Source: Botryllus schlosseri
Lineage: Eukaryota
Length of the DNA stretch: 64,000 nt
Direction of reading: 5' to 3'
Assembly: GCA_051294905.1 (NCBI GenBank)
Contig: CM119381.1
Coordinates: forward strand, 18,972,001-19,036,000
The notes beneath the pieces were generated by a model, which saw nothing but the letters and a program-made list of their open reading frames with translations, made no database searches and was not told the DNA's origin. The translations under genes were made by a program, and so were the position numbers. How positions within the stretch are numbered: the first letter of the stretch is position 1; each line of letters opens with the position of its first letter. Below, one piece after another: positions 27,501 to 42,500 of the stretch.

Positions 27501-30500
27501 ACGAAACGACCGCGTCTGGGTGTAGCCGCATGCAATAAATCACTCACGCGACTTGCATTTTAACAACCGAGGTATATGTTACCATTCTTCCACATCGCCT
27601 GAAGCTGTGGGTATTCTTCTGCTGTTCGACGCCGACATTGGCGTAGCGACTACCATGCAAGTACCGGGAGGTCTTAAAAAGGGTCATCTGTCACGTTCAC
27701 GCTGAATGACTGTTGTGATGCTGTTAACGAGTTTTCAGAAAGAGTCGCTTATACTCTTCCTTGACCCACATTTTACTTGAGTCTTGGTTTTGCCACCTGT
27801 GATATAAAAGGTCCCAATCTGTGCGCGCTACTACCACGGCAAAAATAATGGAGTCCTTATGTTATAATGATGTAATTGGGCCAGAAGCGCACCACGAAAA
27901 GTAACTTCCTACGCATGCGTCATGTCCAAACACTTTTATGGTGTCTGTACTTTTACCTAAATGGCGTTTACGACTTTTTCGCAATGAGATGCACTACCGT
28001 TGATGCGGAATCCCGCCTCGTGCCTCGTTTGCATCTTGTCTGGTTTCCGCGCCAGCCGAGAGATTTAGCGGAGCTTTAGATTAAACGAAATCGCTTGATA
28101 TAACTGAAGCTAGAACTCGAAGTCATCTGCGTTTCCTCATAATTATTGTGGCCGCACGGGGCACTGAAGACGGCGACCCTGTCTCACGAAAGAGGTAAAT
28201 GAGACCATATTTCCGTGTCCAGCATCAATTTTGCATTACTTGACATCACGGTATAGTCCTTCCCACATGACATCCCAGTTATTTTCAAATCAGTCAGGCA
28301 GTTTGGTGTGTCTGTGTGTGCGACATAATCTACCTTGTATAGGTGTATTTGGGTGCTAAACGCTGCTACATGTCACTGACATACCGCGTTGTGGCACTAG
28401 CGGGGAAAATGCATTGGTTATTGACCATCGCGCGCTATTCTTATTACTACTGAAAATTATTACCCAACCAAGAATAATCATAGGGATTTTGACCTTCCGC
28501 ATAAGGCTCGATTAACCTCAACGATATCTTACCCATTGTAGGTGACCCGTGAGGTGACCACCTTCGCTCCCCGCGGCGCAATAAGGCCCTATATTTGTCA
28601 GAGGACAAATACCGGTTCAACCGTAAAGACCTGCGCAGCAGATATGTAGGCATTGCGTTTGCAACTGATCCTCGATAACATGACGTAATCAAATGTTAGC
28701 CGTATTCTTCTTCTCATCGGCAATGCGTTGTCAAGTAGCGAAACGCAACCAGATACTTCAGAAGTAAACTGTCTGAAATGTGGGCTGGTCGCGATCCGAA
28801 ACGTTGCAATCGCTACGAAAGCTTACTTGTGATGTTTAATTATGGCTGTCCGTACCAAAAGCCAAGACGAACGGGTAATTACTCGTCTCCACGTTATTAT
28901 TTGTGGGATCTACCGCGTCGCCGAACACTGTCTTTTGAAAATTTTGTTGTAACTGTGGGACCGCAATTGTGTCACTTAATTTTCATCGCGATGTCTCCTT
29001 ACCTTAAGCCGTGATTCTACACTTACGCTTAGGGGTGCATTTAAAACAAATATCAATTTAAATCGGACATGTTTAAAACAAGGCCATGACGTCACGGACA
29101 TTCAAGTGTGACGTCATAGGGAATTGGCATTGACAATTGGAAATATAGGGTCCTAATTTTACAACTTGAAAAAACGCATTTTTTTAAAGGGCTTTTGTTT
29201 GAAACACTGTTTAAAACATTTTTAAAACAAAGTGTTTTAAAACACCGTTTTTTTAAATGCAACCCTAATTAGGGTGTTAAAATTTCCGATCGAATGTTGT
29301 GCCATACTGCGAACATACGCGAACGAATAGGATTTGTTGTTGTGCAATGCTTTTCTGCGATATTCCCCGAATTGCAAGTCAGTGTCGGCTATTCGGCATT
29401 TTCTCCTGATACTGTCTCTCAAAAGTCGTGCGGTATATATTTTGTGAGGTACATTTCGAGACGTTTGTTACGGTTCCGCAGTGTGGATAACACGGTCTGT
29501 GGTGGCGACGACACGGCAATTTATTTGCCTACCAGTGTAGGGTGACAAGAGATCGTTAAATTGAAATTGAAACCGCATTTCGTCTCGCGGGTGGTGCGAC
29601 ATCAAGAGCTAGTCATGATTCACGCGACTTCGGAAATACACCGTTGGAATGCGTTCTTCTCTCGGACACCAATTCTCACCTATCAATGCAACAGTTCAGT
29701 AATGCAATGTTTCACTGCTCCAATGCACGAAATAACGACGTTGAGCACAAAATAGCCAATACTTCACATAACCCAAGTTTTTAAATCGCCCCTCCCGCGA
29801 ATCCTCGCGAATTGAGGTATAACGTAAGCAGATATCTATGCTTATGGTGGCTATTTGCCTTAGCTATTGTTATGACTGCGACGCTGCCCCAATGGGAATC
29901 CATCTGTGTAGTCTGTGTAGTCCACATGATTCTCCGAATTATGTCATTCGGGGCCCCGTGTCATTATTGGTAGGTTGTAAGTCACATGTTATTTTGCGTA
30001 AAATTTGAAGAGGGTGGTGAGTGGTGACATTCTTTTCAAACACATCCCTTGTTGCGCCAGTCCGAATCCATTCGACACATCCGTTCTCATATTCGAAAGG
30101 TCTGGTTCAATTCGGGTTGCATTATTTGAATCGCATGGAATCAGCGTTGATTCAAAATGCCCACCCCATCACTAATCTTAACTCTGCTGAAATAATTAAT
30201 ATCAGCAGTCCGATAACAACTCACTACGATGTTCTCATCGGAGTTCGAGATGAAGTAATCAGGATATTACGGTCAAGTACATTCTAACATCTTCAATGAA
30301 TGTATTTGTTTACACCCTATTTTGGTCTAGTCATGTTGCGTTTCTTACGCATCTCCCGCTGCATTCTGCGGGCCTATAACTCGTGACTATTTGTGACGAG
30401 ATGTTTCGCGATAATATCATAAGCACTTTCTCAATAGCTTGTCTGCCGGTCGTATGGAACATGATTTTCTGTTCCCGCACTGCGCTCGTTGGATTGATTT

Positions 30501-33500
30501 GACGGTGCTGTTTTTGTGTCTATTAAAGATTCGGCCTTGCGATGTACAATAGACTCGATTGTAAAAAAACAACAACACTTGATCCGCGGTCTTACATATG
30601 TCAAACCAAAGAAATCGTCGTAGACAACTTTCATCAAATCGCAGAAAACATATTGTTTCCGGGTCAAGTGCTTTGATTTGTAACTCCTTGTAAATCTGGC
30701 GATTTGGTGCATCACTGTAATTACTGTTCCATATGGTAAAACAAGTGTCATGCAACCAGCGACAAACAGCCAATAACAATAGTAAGTATTCGCAGATGAA
30801 TGATTTGCTGTTATCTTTGTTCGTGCATGCACAACATATAACATACTCGGTCGGTGGATCAAGCAGTCTTTTTTGACTAGAGGATTTGACTTTCATATTT
30901 CCCATTCGTCGAGGTAGAGTTTGCAACCAGCGACAAACAGCCAATAAAAGTAGTAAGCATTCGCAGATGAGTGATTTGCTGTTATCTTGGTTCGCGCATG
31001 CACTACATAATATACTCGGTCGGTGGATTAAGCAGTCTTTTTTGACTAGAGGATTTGACTTTTATATTTCTCATTCGTCGAGGTAGAGTCAAGTATTTGG
31101 TGGTTGTGACTCCAGGCAAGCTATTCGTTGAACGCGACTAGAGTCCATTCATGGCTCGAATTATCCTGACAGTGATTCGCAAGAAGTCGGAATTTTTGTC
31201 TCATTATGTTCTATTCGCAGCAATAAACATGTTTTTCCTGTCACCGCTTGGTGCGCCCATTATAGATGCATCGACTTCCCATGTTGCCTTAAATGTTACA
31301 TATTTCCCAACTATGTAATGTCCGTCTTGATCAAACTTATTATATCGCCTTTTTGCTGTTACAATAACGATAATTAACAAACCATCACTCGTACACATCA
31401 CTTGGAGACTACATGTCATCCGTGAAACTTGCCGTTCCTATTCATCCCTCAGTTGGATTTTGGTTTGAATTGTGCGATTACCTTCAAAACTATACCCTTT
31501 GCTTTGATAAACTAGATCAAAACAATTCCAAATCCGCAATCGGCTTTAACGGGGGTGGTTTTCGAGAAGTGCACACCTTCAATAGCGATATTTCTTTGTC
31601 AAAAGGCGATTAGAGGTTCGCTTCAAGTAATCTGCATGAACTTTTTTCAAGTCTTAGCGATGTTCCGGCACTACGTATTTCGCGCGCTGACGCGGGCAAA
31701 CCGCGAATTAGTCGTGGTGATTGTAGATGTAATTGGCGTACAGGGTACTTATTCACGTCGACCCTAAAGCCTAGTCATTAATCAACGCTGAGTTAATCGA
31801 GTTCATCCGAATCGACTTCAAATACGCGTATCTCTATTGGACCAGCTGTGCCGGAGCTGCGTAGCGTGAATGCGCGTCTTCGGTAAGTGCTGTTTCGAGG
31901 TTAGCCAAACTATTACTGCAGCAACCAACCCTACTAATTGCGTAACCAGTCACTTTATCGATGTGTTTAGTTGTTGGTATGCATGGTGTTTTTCGACAAA
32001 AATTGTCATTTACACCTGGCCGGTATTCTTTATTTTGATTCCGTATTTGACGACTTGTAGCACGGCCCACTTTTAGGCTTTTTCAAGGCACCGCTCACGT
32101 GGTTCAGGTGGCGAGAAGGAGGCTCTAGATCTGTCTTAGTTTATGACACAGTTTCGTAATTCAGCAACGCGCCCCGACTGCCCGTGCAATTCCGTGATCC
32201 ATGGTGATGGGCACATCGCCCATTTATGGCTGGGGGCTTCGGTCGCTGCCACAAGACTTGAATCCACGCAACCTGTAAACTGCTGACTGCTGAATAATCG
32301 CTGCTACGACCAGTTGGGTGACCGGAAGCGATTGCCGTTAGAAAATTTGACATATTAATGTTCTTTCAAAGTTGTGACGACATCAAAAGTATGACGTCAT
32401 GTCGTCATGCACAATTTGGTCATGGCCACAGGCCCCGCAGTAAGTATGTGTGTACAGTACAGTAGGGGTGTTCAAAAATGATTTTTTTTTCTCAAATTGT
32501 ACTGGCTACTTAATAAAATTGTTAGGTTACCTGATTTAGGTCACCTGATTTAAGCCCACACACCAAATTTGGTTCAATTCCAACCAGTAGCCGCATTGCT
32601 GCAGGACAAGAAAGTTTCTATTTATTATATAAAAATTGATTAAAAAAAAAATTTCAAAATTCTCTGGTCACCCCATCAAAGTGTTAGGTTGTCTATAGAA
32701 ACGGTGTTCACCAAATTTGATTAATTCCAACCAGTGGAAGCGTAGCTTTTGCCGTCGAAAAATTTGGATTTGAATAAAATAATATTTAAGGTGGCTGATT
32801 CTTTGATTATTTATTATAGTTGTGCCCACCGTAAATACTATCTTATTCGAATCCAAATTTTTGGTAGTTCATAATATTCGTTCCCGACTATCACGAGTAT
32901 ATGTTACACTGCAGCAGAAACTTGAGGCGCGCGATCTTTGGAACAGGTATCTTAAACCAGCGAAACTAACGATTTTCGTAATGTTTGCGGGCAACGCACA
33001 ATTGCTACTTTCGACCTTTGCAATTGATATAATACTTTTGCAATTGGATATCAGCCACAGGTACATTCCGACAATTAAGCATCTTACCGGATGCTATCGC
33101 CGCATCGACGTGAGTAAGTTTCCTCGCCGTATACACTCATTAGGCCGAAATAATTGCCGTTGATTGAGCCGATAATTACATCGTTTCATGTTCCAAGTTC
33201 GACGCTGTAATTTTCCCCTTTTTCCGCGTGACTCATTACTTCGATTCACAGCTTTCTCGAAAGTTTATTTTAGCCAACGCGGTTGCTCCATTCTTGCGAG
33301 ATTACTACACAGATCAGATTCCGACTGCATCGCGCTCTAATCTTGTGTACGCTTAACAGTATCACCCCGTTTTCTTGAAACTATTAAGAGATCGGGGCAA
33401 GTTAAGGTCTTTCCCACGGTGGTCTCATGGCAATAATCCTCGTCATGGCTCACCTAGCCACACGCGATACAGGTGATTATTTAATACTAATTGCTCGCTC

Positions 33501-36500
33501 GGATGTCGATGGGTTGAAGATCCTATACATGGTGTCAAGTGTATTTTAGCGTGGTGCTCTGACGTAAGTGTATGCCAGAAGCAGGATTTTGTGACTTCAG
33601 TCAACCACTGTAATTTTAAAATATATAAAAGTATGTTGTGCCCTAATGATATCTTTTCTTTCCTCCAAAGCTGCGGTTGTGTGAGGCCTTTCACAAAAGA
33701 ACCCACGTTACGCTTACAGTTGCTAATGCGCATGTCATGGGTTCATTCTCGGGGTATAGCATTTCGCTAATAAAGAAGTGAAACTACTGTTAAATCTCTT
33801 CCATAAACAGCGTAATGGCATTCTGTTTACTATCGGCCCAGTGGCAAAGTAACCCTACCTTGATTTAAGCCGCGGTTGCAATTTATCTGAATTTACTTGA
33901 TCATGATCAATTTACGAACTGACGCATAGGCGATACACTACGGGCTGGCAATTTGTAGCGTGGTTGTGAAATTTGTGATCTAATTTGTAATATATTTATT
34001 CCAATTTCGGGATACTTACAATGCTGTTTCGTCAAAGATATAGCTTTAGTGCAACGCGTTTTCTCGGTAAACTTAATCAAGCCCCACCTATATTGGGAAA
34101 TATTCAGTTAAATCGATATCTGTCTCCACAGAAATATCGGTATCTGCCAATGCAGGTCGTTATTTGTCGGCCTGTTCGATCACGTCATCACTACTACAAA
34201 TGCCCCAAGTAAGAATGTGTTTAGTACTGTTGGATTGATTTATGACCACTTCTTGGGGAAATTGCTGCTGCGTTTTCGTAATTGCGATATACGTATGCTG
34301 TATTGAAAGTATTAGTTATCATTTAGCTGGTGTTTCATTGTGAATAAATTGAGTTCAATGTCGCTATATTTTTCATATTAGTGCCACTGATTAGAAGTTT
34401 GGTTGACAAATATCACGTTTTAAGATTGGCAGATAATATCTTTGTAGGCAAAATACGTTTTATCGACAAAATTTTGACATATGCCTGTTTCTAATACCCA
34501 CGGTGTGACGGATGGATCAAAACCACTCGCCATAACGTATTATCGAGTATTATTCATCAATTAGCAATCATTGTGGTAACCTCCCGAGTATACCATGCCT
34601 TCTTTACGGCGCTGACTTGTCATCCATTTTGTTGTGGAAATTCGAATTCTGCTGAATTGCATGGTATCGTTGATTAGGTGTGGGTTGCCATTACGTTTAC
34701 ACTTCGTAAGTGTAATAAACGATGTTTTTCAGGAAACCTTTCAGACTTGTGATTTTAGCATTCGCCGATATAATGAACGTCGATTTCGTGGAAATAATTT
34801 GAGATTTGAGATTTCCAAACCATGCACGCTTTATCCTTGACACTGACCTTTTCGGAGTTGATTTTTACGGTGTCTTGTGGCCCGCTACTGGAGTGGATAC
34901 TATCAAACGTTTGCTATCCTTTCGATAGATTCGTCTCTCGTTATCATATTGATAGGAAATCAGCCTGGGATTATGTCTGCTCCATTGTGTACAAGCTGAG
35001 TTCAAATGTGATAATCCGCCTCTGCGCGTGTGTAACTGTGTATTTAGACGCAAATCGGAGTTCCCATACAGTGCTGAATGCTCTACTGCGCACTCTAAAC
35101 TGAGCTGATCCCATAGACCTCTTGCTTACAATCGATACCAGATTTCTGTTTACGACAGCCAGTCTAAGATATTATTATGCAGCGGTGAATGAAGACTGAC
35201 TTCAGTTAATAAATCATTGTTTTGTTGTTATTGCTTCAGCTCCAGTACCTGGCTTTTACGCCATCTTAGAGAATAGATTTATTTTACTTCTTGGCTTGTG
35301 GGAATATGAGAGGAGAGTCAAACGTAATATTTCTTATGTTCCGGATACACGGACGTTTACCAAATCTTTTCAATTGTGCGCGTGTCAGCGAAACGGATTT
35401 GCAAGCAAATCTACCGCGTGAAATTTCGATTTCAAATTATTTGCCCGTGGTACATTGGATATTTTACATTTTCACAAAGGTCTAAATACAAAAAGGATGA
35501 AGCGGGTAAAGAGCATGTTTCCACAGTCGCAAAAACATCGAAAATTCACCCAACCTTGCTTTGCACGAACCCATTTTCATCTTTTGCATTTGTCTGCTTG
35601 GTAGTAAGCCTGTTCGAAAAATCATTTGATAAAGATAGGGTCGTTAGTTTGTAGGGTGTGAGTGTGACATTCCTCCATCTGAAAGTTCTACAATCAACGA
35701 AGGATCCCATGTATTCGGTGGTGGAGTTAGTCGGATGAAGCATCATCTCTTAACACAACATGCATATACATTCAAACTACCGGGTCCGTACGAAATCCCA
35801 ACGATTAGTGCAACGTTTCGCAACCGTCGAGGCTCAAGTTACAAGCACGGGGCGTCACGCTGGAGTGTAAAACACTGGAGACTGATACTACAGTACTCCC
35901 TGAATTCCAAACATTGTATACTTGCCTCGGAATTTCTATATGGAAATACCCGATCGTCTATATGCTACGTCCCAGATGCCCGTGGAACGTAGTGCCGTTT
36001 TTTTGTCGAGAATACCTATTGAAATCCTCAACCAGTCTTCTTCGGCGATAAAGGGAGTTGGTTGACACACATCGGTATCAACCCGTCTCTGGGTTGCCGA
36101 TGTATGGACAATGGACATTGGATATGGACATTGAACTATCGATTAGTAACGTCGAAATTACCTCCCCACTTTGCATGGCAAACGTCATTGATAGGTAACT
36201 TCGTTTCTGTACTGCACCTTTTCAACTTCTCAATGAACCCCGTCAAACACGCACGGTCGTACGTGGCGCTACAACAGCGATCTGACCTTACGCGGTGTTT
36301 TACAAAAGACTTGAGCGAAGTTGGCCGTGCTGTAAGCAGACTTGGACAACTAGATAATTCTAGTTGTCTAATTTCACCAAAGTAGAGCGAAATGCCAGTA
36401 ATCTAATTCTAATCTAATTTGGAAAAGCTGAAAATTTCCTAGTTGTCCAAGTATATGCCTGGACAACTAGATAATTCTAGTTGTCTAATTTCACTAAATT

Positions 36501-39500
36501 AGATCGAAATGCCAGTAATCTAATTCTAATCTAATTTGGAAAATCTGAAAATTTTCTAGTTGTCCAAGTCTGGCGGTAAGTCGGCAATTCAGGAATCGTA
36601 AAAAATAACATCGGTCTGGTGTTAATTCACCGATGACCATCCATCTCGACAGAGACGGGAGTGGCGAGATAGCGTAGCGGTATCATCCACAGCTTCAACA
36701 CCAATGGTTTGTGGGTTCAAGTCCGAGGTCGACTTTAGAATTCCAACCCAAGTGTGGGAGGTTTATCTAGGCTTCTCCTCGCCATCTCATCCGCATGCGC
36801 GGTGTCTTGCAAAAAATCTAGAAGTGGGTCGTGCTATAATTCGGTAGTTAAGGAATCAGAAAAAACTAAGAAATATCGGCCTGGTGTAAATGACCATTGT
36901 AGCCGACAAACGCCATTAATACCACAGACAACAACTACATCTCGACACACCATGATTGCTAAGCAACACCGACAGCGACAAAACATTTAAGGTTGGAGAG
37001 GCGTGGACACTGAGGCAGGAGGTAAATAAATGATCGCGAGGAGCAGGTGACCTCTTGCAAGTAAGGGTAATTGGTCGCTAACTGTTTAAATGCAAGTGAT
37101 TCGATGATGAGTGGCGGCCCTTCATACTTCTTCCGGGATGTAACCGGCATGAAGTTCTTATATTTACGATCGACGCTATAACGCGATCGGCACGCTCTTA
37201 AAGTTAAGTTCGCATTATTCACGTGCTCGTAAGATGTAGGAATGTTCGTCAACCGGCGTTATCTTACTCAGAGCTTCATCTCGGAAGAAACGTAAGGATT
37301 ATTCTCACCAATGTGTACCATTTGACGTTGCTAGTCGAACCTGATTGACATCACCGTCGTGCATGATCTTACCCGCGCATATAGGGCGTGGGTTAGTGAT
37401 AAAATTTAAGTTACAATGTGCGCGGCAGCGTCGGGAACGCGGTGCCAATCGCCAGGTGCATTTCATGATACACGAGCATTTGTTACTGGAATGTATAGGA
37501 ATCAGAGATGAGCGGATTTGAAATTTCTATGACCTAATCCAATCCAAATCCGAACCTTCCAATCCAAATCCAAATCCTAATCCATAACTTTTTCATATTC
37601 AAGTCCATGTCCAATCCTAATCCGATTCCAACTGGAAATTCAGAAAAAATACTAATTTATGCAATGGAGGGATTCGAAAATTTTCTTTCACAACCAACGA
37701 TTCACTTGATTCAAGATAACTTAGTAACCATGAGTACATTAATAACTGATCTGAATAAAGTTTGTCGCCATTCGCCACACGACATTTCAATCTCCCAGAA
37801 AATTGGTAAATCCAATCCAAATCCTAATCCGCTCTGAAAAAAATCTCTAATCCAAATCCAATCCAAATCCGACAAAATTTCACAAATCCTGTTTTTTCAA
37901 AACCTAATCCTAATCCATGCTCATCTCTAATAGGAATAGAAACGTACTAGGAGGGAGTTGCAATATGTAAAAGCGGAGGTTGTATTTGAAATCGGCAGTC
38001 TCGTCTTCATTACCGCGGCGATAGTGATACGGTGATGTCTGGTTTCCCATGTCGGTGGTTAAGTTTGACGACACGGCCGCAGTCCGGTAAAATATCGCGT
38101 TACCTTAACGGTTCCTCGGTTCAGTGGCTGTGGTGAACTGGTGATGCGTTCCCGTTGTTACGTCTGACTTTCAATTTACGGTGTTAAGGCGAATTCACAC
38201 CTCCATTCCACTGTCTGTCTCATCTTAGTGGTGAGACGGTGAATGTACTTGTGTGTGGTGATTGGTGTCCAGAAGATTCACATAATAGTGCGTATCTCTA
38301 TGCTTGGCAGTAAACGGAACAACCCAGCGAAATTCGTTACATGCATGGGATGTCAGTTGGGATATCATTGCCGACTTGGATTTATTTGGGCTTATTCTTG
38401 GTTTTAGTTTTTCTCTGGATTTCATTACCGGAACTGTCAGACACGGGTAAAGCAACGATAAAACCGTCGCATACACTCGCATTATCGATGCCCATTGCCC
38501 ATACTCATCGTATATCGAAGGCAGCTAAGAACCGCTTTATCTATTGATATATTGAATTGCCAATCCAATTTGCATATGATGAGAAATCCCGTTTCAAGCT
38601 CGTTAGCCCGGTTGTGGTGCAGAAATTTGCTTGATCTCGCAAAAAACGTCAGCATCTCCCGCCTGAGAAGAAATCGACAAGCGATACGTGATCGTTGTTT
38701 ATTTATTCTGCGGATGTAATTGGGTATTAACCAATACTACGGCGGCGTTATCCGACTTGTTTGATTGGGGAAGCTGTGTTAAAAACGGATGTCTCGGTGT
38801 CCATGACGAGTGGTGTGTATACCGCAAATTCTCGCGGTTGGTTGATCGCAATTCTCGACCGTGTTTGTGGGTGATTTCCTCTATCCAGCACCGCCATACT
38901 CCACCACGCTTTCATTTCCGTATTGAAGACATCAGAACTCGGTCTAAATACCGGGCCCAATCATCCCGAACGTATCTGTCATGCAAGCGCATGATAGCGT
39001 ATAGCCGACGTGAATGACGCCACAAAACGGTTTAGAATTTTTGTGAAATGTTCATACATTCCAAATCCGCGGGTTCGATGCGCGGAAATGGCCTGGCCGG
39101 GATTGTTTGTTGACACTTTGGTGTTGATGCCCCAATGATGAAACGCGGCGGAATTTCGGGTGTCGACCATCGATCAAACCCCTACGTAATGAAACGATTC
39201 GTCACTATTCTGTGACGCAAGGCTTATCTGCAAGCGACATGTTGTTCACCCCGCCATTCACGCCTGTTCGGATGGAATGGATGTTCCCTACGAGTTCTCA
39301 AGGGTTCGGTGTCCAACACATTCATCAACGCTTGCTTACGATCTGGGGTCTTGCTGTTTGGATGTTCACTTTCTGGGGACTCCGAAAATTGAAGCGATGA
39401 AGTTACGTCGCGATTCAATACCTTTATTCTCATTCAGTCTGTGATAACCGTATTCTCCAAAAGCGCGCGGTTGACACGTGGTTTATTATGACCAATCCCT

Positions 39501-42500
39501 GGTATTTTTGTTCTACTTCTTTTTATAATGATATGGTTAGGGTTAGGGTTGCATTTAAAACAAACGGTGTTTTAAAACACTTTGTTAAAAACATGTTTTA
39601 AACAGTATTTTAAACAAAGGCCTTTTAAAAAAATGTTTTTCAAGTTGTAAAATCATGCCATAATTGTGTAAATACAAAAAACATGTGTGAGCCTACAGAC
39701 AATTGCCACCCGATATAGCCGACTTATACGACATGGAATGGTTGGAAACCTCTAAGTAGTCGGCTCAACAGCAATAGTACGTAGATATTTCGTCAAAGGT
39801 GCTATATTTACCTTCTATTTTCAATTGTCAATGTCAATCCACTATGACGTCCCAGTTGAATATTCGTGACGTCATGGCTTGGAAAAACAATCAAAAACAT
39901 GTTTTAAACAAGGGCCTTGTCTTAAACATGTTTGTTTTTAATTGATTTTTGTTTTAAATGCAATCCTGGATATCGTGCTGGATCCATATTTTTGCACTTA
40001 TGTCTTCTATTGTAAGTGTTGTTTACTGCATAAACTGCATGTGTTTACGATCGTGTCGTAAATCTTTGCTGTTTCCATTTGACTTCCGGTCGAATCGATC
40101 GGCAGCCCTTTGTAGTTAATCGCGAACATGGCTAAATTAAACAACTATAGCGTCAGGTGATACTATCGGATATGTTCGGTTTTCTGATGGGTGTTTGTCC
40201 GTGTCTGTTTCGCAAACAAGCATGCCGAAACTATAAAAAATAACCGCTGCATCAGACACCAGTCCTGTGCCCTAATTTTCGTAACCTCCGACCAACGTAA
40301 CGTAACGGTACTACTATGTGCGGTTTATATGCAATGATCCGTTTAGAACGGCTGTGATGTCATGTACGGTGCGTTACGGCTTCTTTGTGAAAGTTCGAGA
40401 GACTCCACAATTCATTGGAGACCCTATGGTCTTTGTGCGATTGCCGGGTGTATAAAGAAGTTTCACTTGCGGTAGAATGCGAGTGATCATAAACTCGCCG
40501 TATACTGATACGAATACGATTGACTTAGGTTTGTTTTGATTCGAATGTGGCGTGGCTGTCGTTGAATGACATTCACAAAATTTCGTGGTGTATCGCACTC
40601 GTACGCATCAGTCGCAATACCCTCGTTGAGTCGCTGTATACATCGGGTTCAACGGTGTGGCTTTCCAGTCTCATTTCCGAGCAAAATATTTTCAAACAAG
40701 CGTAAAGGAGCCAAGAACTTGTAATCCACCCACGACAATTGCTCCCGTCGACGGTATATGTGCCAATGAGATTACGAACGACTTTACGGTGTCACTGCAC
40801 GAAATTGTGACTTACGACCTCATAATCTCGAGTATTTCGCGTGAATCACGTCTCGTATCTCTTGATTTGCGATGCGTTGAACTGGGTGCGCGTCCTAAAA
40901 GCCTTGGATAGAGTTAGTACACTTTTGGGTGGATTTGTTTTGTTTCGGAATCAGATGAGGTCTCGATTGCCACTGCCTTTCGTGGCCTTCCTTCTCGCTA
41001 AAGCCACACAGGATTCCTCTATGAATTAATCAATATTTAGGCGTTATAGGGCAATAGAAGCCGTTGTCTTTATCTCGCTAAGTGGATCCTTGCCAATTAT
41101 CGTATGAACTTGGCAATCGGTATGTAGGGAATTCACCTGACATTCCCCAAGGACTTGCCAAATTTTGATTTGATATCAGCACAAGATCTCTCATCGAGTT
41201 GTCGACTAGACATAGCGACCATAAATTTATCACCACGACAGAATCGGGCGTTGAAGCATTCGCTGGGATTGACAGAGGTGATGGTAGTAATTCCTGGTTA
41301 CGAATTTAAAAATTCCTTACGGTTGGGTGACGGGTGTTGGGATTATGGCCCACGAACGAATGCTTTCATGTAGGTGGTCTGCATTTGGTAACCGCATTAC
41401 GATAGCCTAGGTAGGCGATGATAGTTTTGATTTGGGTATCGGCCAGATTTTATGGTATTCGTATTCACTACACATCCGGGAGTTATTTCTAATCAAACGA
41501 TGTTTGGAGCTTTCTGGCGCCTTTCAATGGGTAATCTTCCGCGTTTAAATAGGGATTATGTTCGACGCGTTTTTGTAAAGAGCATATTGAGGATGACATA
41601 GCGGTATTTTCACTTACATAACCGAGTTGCGTTGAGCCGGGTGGCAACCGAAGGGAAGGCTGTTGCGCCGAGCCAATTCATTTATTCTGTTCATTTGTGA
41701 CCCCTCGAAAGTCTAACGAAGTATGAAGCGGCTTCAAATGTACGTACTGTATAGATGCGAACGCAACAATGACATTTGTCGAATGGACATCGTAATCCTG
41801 ACCAATGTCTATGGAGTCCTTGCTAGCGTTTTTTTTTTAACAATGACGCTCGAAATGCGGAGGGAAGTTCCACCCTCTCACACTGACACCTATTAAGGAC
41901 TCGGATATTAACTTGCGCGTGGTCAAAGCTATACTCACTACAGCAAACAATCACCTTAGCGTGGCTGGTAGAGAAAACGGGCAATGGTTTTTCAGATCAA
42001 ATGAAGTTTGATTTAAAATGGAATCCTCATCTCTTCCAGATTCTGTTTCCGTCGTTAATTTTAAATTCCGTATCCCAAAAAATACTCAAGATGAGCATAT
42101 GTGGCCTCTGTCGAGTATATTTCACTAATTATGCCTCGGCAATGCATTGAAGTCTGTTTTTAAGTATCCTTCGAAATTTTGGTGCGATGTCGAAACCAAC
42201 CGAATCCAATTTCATGCAAAACATCGAACTAAACGAACGGAATATCACTTTCATGTACTATAAATTTGAAATTCTGTCCTGATTCTGGCACTCGCACTCG
42301 GAGCAAAAACGCGCATCCAATCCAGTTCCAGAAATACATGTCGGATTCCTGTCCAGGGCGGTTAGAATCCAAGATCTCGATCCTGAACGTGTCTACCGGC
42401 TGGGCGACGCCAGCTGCATGCTGCGTTCACCTCAAAATGGTTGGGATCCACTTGCTTCGCATCGCCGCGAATCATTTTCGGATAAGGGCCCCGTTCTCCT

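Noticed and set aside
36663-36735. Possible tRNA gene
   Set aside because: A/B boxes present but no convincing cloverleaf or acceptor stem, and it continues into a repeated tail, so called a SINE
38220-39450. Coding-like stretch with faint integrase echoes (FHHWGI.., DDWARYLDRVL)
   Set aside because: Many stops, no catalytic DDE spacing recognisable; too weak without a search
39535-39550. TTAGGG x2 telomere-like motif
   Set aside because: Only two units and overlaps the TIR of MITE family B
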